Shown: positions 62,341 to 64,000 of the stretch, piece after piece | Layout: each line of letters begins with the position of its first letter | How positions within the stretch are numbered: the stretch's first letter is position 1 | From: a candidate division FCPU426 bacterium | GTDB taxonomy: Bacteria; Oederibacteriota; Muellerivitia; Muellerivitales; Muellerivitaceae | DNA length: 64,000 nucleotides | NCBI GenBank assembly: GCA_963847625.1 | Contig: CAWKAR010000028.1 | Coordinates: 64,001 to 128,000, forward strand | Reading direction: 5' to 3' | Notes under the pieces: generated by a model | What the model was told of the DNA's origin: nothing | Seen by the model: only the letters and a program-made list of their open reading frames with translations | The model's database searches: none | Made by a program: the position numbers and the translations under genes

Positions 62341-64000
62341 TCAGCGGAGAACGAGGACTTTCAATATGGTTGTCCCCATGACCGGGCCGTCAACTTGGAC
62401 CCGTATATAGTAAAGCCCATCAGCCACCGGCTGGCCCCAGCAATCTTCCAAGTTCCAAACTAGGGTGGCATCTTTGCCGGTAACGGGATTGGAAACATCC
62501 AGGATCTTGCGGAAAGCCGTGGTAAAGACGCTCCATTCGACCGTGGAAAAGGTTGGGAACCGCAGCCGGATAGAAACGGGCCCCGCGCCCTGGACGGGGT
62601 TGGGATAGGGCGGCCCGATTACAACACCCGCCACAGTCGAGGTTGGGGTAAGAGTGGAAGTGAAAATTGGAGTTGAAGACAGTGTCGGTGTCGGGCTTGG
62701 GGTGGCGGTCGGACTTGCGGTGAGGGTGACTGTGTCGGTCACAGTGGCCGTCCCAGTCTGTGTTGCAGTGGCTGTTGGGATCTGGGAGGCTGTCGCGCTA
62801 GGAGTCATCGAATCCGTCGAGGTGTTCGTAGGCGTGCTGGTGGATGTGGAAGTCGGCGTATTGGTGATGGTGGGAGTGGGGGTTGGTGTGGGTGTGATCG
62901 TCATCTTCGGCGTAAGCGTAGGTGTGTGAGTGGGTGTGGATGTCATCGTTGACGTGGGCGTACTGGTGGGGGTCCGGGTAATGGTCCACATCATAGTAAA
63001 TGAGTTTGTAGGGGTCATCATCCAATTCGTGGGCGTCATTGTAGCCGTTAGCGTGTTCATGAACGTGTTCGTCGGCGTGAATGTGTTGGTCGGTATAGAA
63101 GAAGTGGAGGTGGGTGTCGGGGTCGCTGTGGGCGTCAGAGTGGGTGTATAGGTATAGGTAAAGGTATAGGTGAAAGTTTCGCTGAATGTCGGCGTGAATG
63201 TATCCGTTGGCGTCGACGTGAGCGTAAGCGTCGGTGTATTCGTAGAAGTAGCTGTCGGAGTGTTGATAAGGGTAATCGTACCGGTAGGTGTTCTCGTCGA
63301 TGTGGGGGTGTTCGTCGGGGTCGGGGTCTTCGTGGGCGTTTGGGTCCAGGTCGGCGTGCGTGTATTGGTCAGCGTGCGCGTAAGCGTCGGCGTGAGTGTC
63401 GGGGTCAAAGTGCGGGTGTCAGTAGGGGTTCGGGTTAACGTCCAGGTCAGGGTGGGGGTTGGGGTTTCCGTCTGAGTTCGGGTCAATGTCAGCGTGATCG
63501 TCGAAGTGGACGTACCCGTACTGGTTGCAGTCAACGTACTCGTAGAAGTGGGCGACGCGCAAAAGGGGCCGCAAGGCGAGAAAGTAAACGTTGGGGTTGG
63601 TGTAAACGGAACATGGGTCGCGTTGGGATTGCAGTAATTCGAACGGGTGAAAATCCCATTGCTTCCATAACCCCCATATTCATCGCCTTGGCCCCCGGCA
63701 CCACCAGAAATCAAAGCGGAACCGGTAAAATTATAGCTGCTCAAAATGCAAAAAGTAATGAATCCCCCGCTGCCGCCGCCGCCGCCAAAAGCGTCAAAAT
63801 CATCGTCAATTCCCGATTTTCCTCCATTCCCACCTATCACACTGATTACACCAGTACCCACAATTCTACTTGCGCTGATATTAACCGTTCCACCTGAACC
63901 GCCTCCGGCGCCGTTTGAAGAATCCCCAGATCCGCTAATAGTACAAGAAGCACCGGCCGTACCGCTAAAATCCAATGTTCCATTCAAGACTACTGTGCCG
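62341..64000 (-). CDS. Gly-rich protein with Thr/Pro linker and C-terminal T9SS-like domain (subtype A); 5' end outside the window
   Basis: Frame is open to base 64000; [16 protein letters not shown] motifs, long Thr linker, tail PYPNP...FTTAFRKI...VADGLYY...KVLVLR. Confidence 0.85.
   Translation of the reverse strand, partial: GTVVLNGTLDFSGTAGASCTISGSGDSSNGAGGGSGGTVNISASRIVGTGVISVIGGNGGKSGIDDDFDAFGGGGGSGGFITFCILSSYNFTGSALISGGAGGQGDEYGGYGSNGIFTRSNYCNPNATHVPFTPTPTFTFSPCGPFCASPTSTSTLTATSTGTSTSTITLTLTRTQTETPTPTLTWTLTRTPTDTRTLTPTLTPTLTRTLTNTRTPTWTQTPTKTPTPTNTPTSTRTPTGTITLINTPTATSTNTPTLTLTSTPTDTFTPTFSETFTYTFTYTYTPTLTPTATPTPTSTSSIPTNTFTPTNTFMNTLTATMTPTNWMMTPTNSFTMMWTITRTPTSTPTSTMTSTPTHTPTLTPKMTITPTPTPTPTITNTPTSTSTSTPTNTSTDSMTPSATASQIPTATATQTGTATVTDTVTLTASPTATPSPTPTLSSTPIFTSTLTPTSTVAGVVIGPPYPNPVQGAGPVSIRLRFPTFSTVEWSVFTTAFRKILDVSNPVTGKDATLVWNLEDCWGQPVADGLYYIRVQVDGPVMGTTILKVLVLR

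Overview
Bacterial chromosomal window, mostly GC-rich coding DNA with AT-rich islands. Housekeeping genes (rpe, ffh, comM/yifB, an MTHFR-like gene, a large FAD/Fe-S oxidoreductase) are mixed with many predicted exported proteins. Seven of these (GH44, GH74, two GH12, an IgGFc-binding-like protein, a frameshifted S53 peptidase-NHL protein and a partial Gly-rich protein) share one plan: passenger domain, Thr/Pro/Ser linker (up to about 1000 aa), then a ~90-aa C-terminal domain of two subtypes that resembles T9SS/FlgD-Ig sorting domains. A TMTC-like GT-C/TPR glycosyltransferase gene lies between the two GH12 genes. A five-gene overlapping operon joins an AmmeMemoRadiSam system (AmrB-AmrA fusion with a lipobox-like signal, AmrS with a hydrophobic leader) to a membrane polyferredoxin, a TauE/DsbD_2-like protein and a degenerate spermidine-synthase-like membrane protein. 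Mobile DNA comprises one complete IS1595 element with cargo genes (TIRs, 8-bp TSD) and two independent IS30 elements, one of which splits a gene at codon 3. The 48-58.5 kb region also has duplicated DUF4143 remnants, two paralogous NHL lipoproteins, a compound repeat array and a Fic gene. No rRNA, tRNA or CRISPR array was recognised. All family calls come from motif recognition by eye, not from database searches.
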